DNA of 64,000 bases, taken from positions 2,371-66,370 of the forward strand of contig DASZVZ010000020.1 in the NCBI GenBank assembly GCA_035546875.1, given 5' to 3'. This DNA comes from Pseudolabrys sp. (GTDB lineage: Bacteria > Pseudomonadota > Alphaproteobacteria > Rhizobiales > Xanthobacteraceae). The notes below the pieces were generated by a model, which was not told where the DNA came from, did no database searches, and saw nothing but the letters and a program-made list of their open reading frames with translations. Positions 61,326 to 64,000 of this stretch are shown here, in pieces; within the stretch, counting starts at the first letter, position 1, and each line of letters opens with the position of its first letter. The translations under genes were made by a program, and so were the position numbers.

Positions 61326-63047
61326 ATGAAGACGCGCCGCCCCACTGCGAGCCTGCTCGCAGCGGTCACTCTGGCTGTTTTGACGTCGAGCGCGCACGCC
61401 GCCTGCACGCAGATTACGACTGGGGCGCAGTTGCAGGCGATGCAAAGCAATCTCGCCGGCGACTATTGTCTGGCCAACGATATCGATCTCTCGTCGATCG
61501 CCAATTTCGCGCCGGTCGGCACGAACGCAACGCCGTTCACCGGCACCTTCGACGGCCGAAACCATGTCATCTCCAACCTGAAGATCAACGCGGCATCCGG
61601 AAGCAGCATCGGCCTGTTTGGCCACGCGACCGGCGTCACCCTGGGCAACGTCACTATTCGCGACGCCAAAGTAACCGCACGCACGGTCACGTTGTTTTCC
61701 ATCGGCATCCTCGCGGGCGAAGTGGAAGGGCCGAGCACCGTCGCGCACGTTAAAGTCAGCGGCAAAGTCAGTTGTGCGTCGGACTGCTACGCCGGCGGCC
61801 TTATCGGCTGGATCGCAGGGGTGACGACGGTCAGTCATTCCTCGAGTGCGGCCGATGTTGTCGCCTCCAACAATACCCAGCTGGCCGGCGGGCTGGTGGG
61901 CTTTGTCGAGGACGGGACGTCGATGGTCACCCGCAGTTACGCCACGGGCAATGTCACCTGCCAGGGCGATGCCTGCTACGCCGGAGGTCTCGTCGCCGAG
62001 GACATCGGCACCGTCAGATTTTCGTTCGCGACCGGCTCGGTTCTCAGCAGCGGCACGGACAACAACTTTGCCGGCGGCCTGATCGGATATGATTTCAACA
62101 CCGGCTCCGGACCGACCCACCAGTCCTTCGCGCTCGGCCGGGTGTCGGCCGTAACCGGCGCCAACGGCGGCGCCGGCGGGCTCGCCGGTGAATCGTTCAC
62201 GTCGCACACGGACCAGACTTACGCCGCGGGCTCCGTCGGCAGCAGCGGCGGCGCCCCCGCCGGCGGCCTTGTCGGTTCCTCGCTTTTTTCGAGCGCGGTC
62301 GTGACCAATTCGTACTGGGACAATCAGACGTCAGGGCAAACGACGAGCGCCGGCGGAGTGGGTGCCTCTACCCGGTACCTGACCCGCAAGCTTCCGGCAG
62401 GCTTCGGCAGCGACTGGAGCATTACCCCGGGACGGAGCTTCCCGTTCCTCACCGATCCCCAAATCGACTTCAAAGCGCCGCTCGCCACGCTCGTGCATGG
62501 CGACACGCTGTTCACGTTCCTGCCGATCGGCCAGCTCGATTTGGCGAACTACATCGGCAAGCCCGCGCATGCCGGCCTGGCTTCGCTTGCCGCCGTCTAT
62601 ACGATGATCGCGCGCGCGGTGAGCATCAGCGACGATGTTGCGTCGCTGTCGGACGTGAAGATCAACAAATATTTCTGGCACGACCGCACCGAAAAGACGA
62701 CCTACGCCGGTCCGGTGACGGCGTACGCGACACTTGGAACGCTTGCGACGATACCGAGCACCGCGCCGATAAACCGCTTCAACGTGCTCGGCCAGATGAA
62801 CGCGGGGCGCCCGGTGATCCTGCGCGGCACCTACAAGACCGGCAAGACGACGACCGCGACGCACTACATGCTCGGCACGCTCTACACGACCGACGCGCAA
62901 AACCACCCGCATCAGCTTATCGCCAACGATCCCTACACCGGCGAGCAGGTGCGCATCGATCTCGTGAAGAAGACTGTCGTCGCGCCCGCGCGCTTCCCCC
63001 TCGCCCACTTCACGGTCGACGGCTATCAGCCGGTGACGCTCAACTGA
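61326..63047 (+). CDS. Secreted GLUG-motif repeat protein with an uncharacterised C-terminal domain
   Basis: Signal peptide. About eight repeats ending in (A)GGL(I/V)G. NSYWDNQTSGQTTSAGG. About 210 aa of unassigned C-terminus. Confidence 0.75.
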   Translation: MKTRRPTASLLAAVTLAVLTSSAHAACTQITTGAQLQAMQSNLAGDYCLANDIDLSSIANFAPVGTNATPFTGTFDGRNHVISNLKINAASGSSIGLFGHATGVTLGNVTIRDAKVTARTVTLFSIGILAGEVEGPSTVAHVKVSGKVSCASDCYAGGLIGWIAGVTTVSHSSSAADVVASNNTQLAGGLVGFVEDGTSMVTRSYATGNVTCQGDACYAGGLVAEDIGTVRFSFATGSVLSSGTDNNFAGGLIGYDFNTGSGPTHQSFALGRVSAVTGANGGAGGLAGESFTSHTDQTYAAGSVGSSGGAPAGGLVGSSLFSSAVVTNSYWDNQTSGQTTSAGGVGASTRYLTRKLPAGFGSDWSITPGRSFPFLTDPQIDFKAPLATLVHGDTLFTFLPIGQLDLANYIGKPAHAGLASLAAVYTMIARAVSISDDVASLSDVKINKYFWHDRTEKTTYAGPVTAYATLGTLATIPSTAPINRFNVLGQMNAGRPVILRGTYKTGKTTTATHYMLGTLYTTDAQNHPHQLIANDPYTGEQVRIDLVKKTVVAPARFPLAHFTVDGYQPVTLN

Positions 63048-63063
63048 GCGCGGCGCAAGGCGG

Positions 63064-64000
63064 TCAGCTTCCGGCCGCCTTCGCCAATTTGCCCAGCTCG
63101 GCCGTCCGCATCGCGTCGAGACGTTGCGCGATCGTTTCCTCCGGCAGATCGAGGCTTTCCAGCACGCGCGAGGCAAGCTGCAGGCTTGCCTCTACCGTCA
63201 CCGGGATGACGCCGACCGCACCGAGCGCGAGCAGCCGCTCGGCGTGCGCCGTATCGTTGGCGCGCGCGAACACCAGCGCGTCCGGCTTGATCTGGCGCGC
63301 GGCGGTAACCATGCGCTCGGCGGCGCGCTTGTCGTTGACCGTGACGACAAAGGCGCGCGCCCGCTCCGCGCCGATCTTGTGCAGCAACTCGTGCCGTCCC
63401 GCATCCCCGAAAAAGGCCGGGCGCCCTTGCGCGCGCAGGCGCGCGACTGTTTCGCCGTCGGTGTCGAGCGCGATATAGGGCACGTTCTCGGCCTGCAGCG
63501 CTTCCGCGACCAGCCGTCCGACCCGGCCGAGCCCGCCGATGACGATATGCCCTTCGAGGTCGGCCGCGACCTCGCCCGGCGCGTTGTGCCCGTTAGCGCC
63601 GGCGTCCAGCCGGCGCGCGAGCGCGCGGCCCGCATAGGACAATAGCGGCGTCGCCATCATGCTGAGACCCACGACCGCCACCGCCCCGCTCGTCAGCCGC
63701 GGCGAGAGCAGCGCGCCGGTTTGCGCGACGCTGATGACCACGAAGGCGAACTCGCCGGCCTGCGCCAGCAGCAGTGCGACTTCGGCCGCCACCGGCTTCG
63801 GAACGCCGAACGCGCGCGCGGCGCCGTAGAGCACCGCGCTCTTGACGGCGAGCAGCGCGACCAGCGCGAGCGCGATCCATGCCGCATCGGCGGCGACCGC
63901 GGCGATGTCGACGTGCGTGCCGACCGTGATGAAGAATATGCCGAGCAGCAGCCCTTTGAACGGCTCGAGGTCGACCTCGACATGGTGGCGCGCTTCGCTG
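63064..64000 (-). CDS. CPA2 (Kef-type) cation:proton antiporter, C-terminal part with a TrkA-N/RCK domain; 5' end beyond the window
   Basis: The frame stays open upstream of track ORF 63064..63834 to the window end (…FKGLLLGIFFITVGTHVD…). Rossmann motif IVIGGLGRVGR. Confidence 0.85.
   Translation of the reverse strand, partial: SEARHHVEVDLEPFKGLLLGIFFITVGTHVDIAAVAADAAWIALALVALLAVKSAVLYGAARAFGVPKPVAAEVALLLAQAGEFAFVVISVAQTGALLSPRLTSGAVAVVGLSMMATPLLSYAGRALARRLDAGANGHNAPGEVAADLEGHIVIGGLGRVGRLVAEALQAENVPYIALDTDGETVARLRAQGRPAFFGDAGRHELLHKIGAERARAFVVTVNDKRAAERMVTAARQIKPDALVFARANDTAHAERLLALGAVGVIPVTVEASLQLASRVLESLDLPEETIAQRLDAMRTAELGKLAKAAGS

Overview
High-GC (visually about 63-66%), gene-dense chromosomal segment. 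The gene content and intergenic hairpin repeats look like an alphaproteobacterium of the Bradyrhizobium/Afipia/Rhodopseudomonas group; that assignment is inference only. I found no rRNA, tRNA, CRISPR, integrase or transposase.

All protein calls come from reading motifs in the supplied translations; no database or HMM search was run. Starts were refined by hand from Shine-Dalgarno (SD) sequences and start/stop overlaps. Many long ORFs in the track are antisense or out-of-frame artefacts of the GC content.

Main blocks, in order:
- An ABC importer fragment, a DUF72/DUF488 pair and an MFS transporter.
- A TetR-HlyD-ABC-ABC2 efflux operon with a perfect palindromic operator.
- A form-II CO-dehydrogenase-like molybdoenzyme cluster (coxG, coxSLM, coxDE, a two-gene XdhC, a MocA fusion).
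- pcaDC, and a Gln-rich mini-protein behind a GGAAC-N17-CGTT stress-type promoter.
- livHMGF-x-K, ccdA and rpe, then a lower-GC three-gene cassette and purB.
- A membrane-anchored DUF2235 hydrolase, murI and rpsD, then two paralogous mini membrane proteins.
- grxD-ridA-bolA, a triad of Cys-rich-repeat secreted proteins and purLQSC.
- A TrmJ-DUF559 fusion, two tandem isocitrate dehydrogenases of different structural types, a GLUG repeat protein and a Kef-type antiporter fragment.

Most interesting: an output-less Cache-TM-HAMP sensor gene 4 nt upstream of a prokaryotic pentameric ligand-gated ion channel homologue (54589-56776). MITE/REP-like hairpin elements fill several intergenic gaps, and one of them supplies a stop codon.
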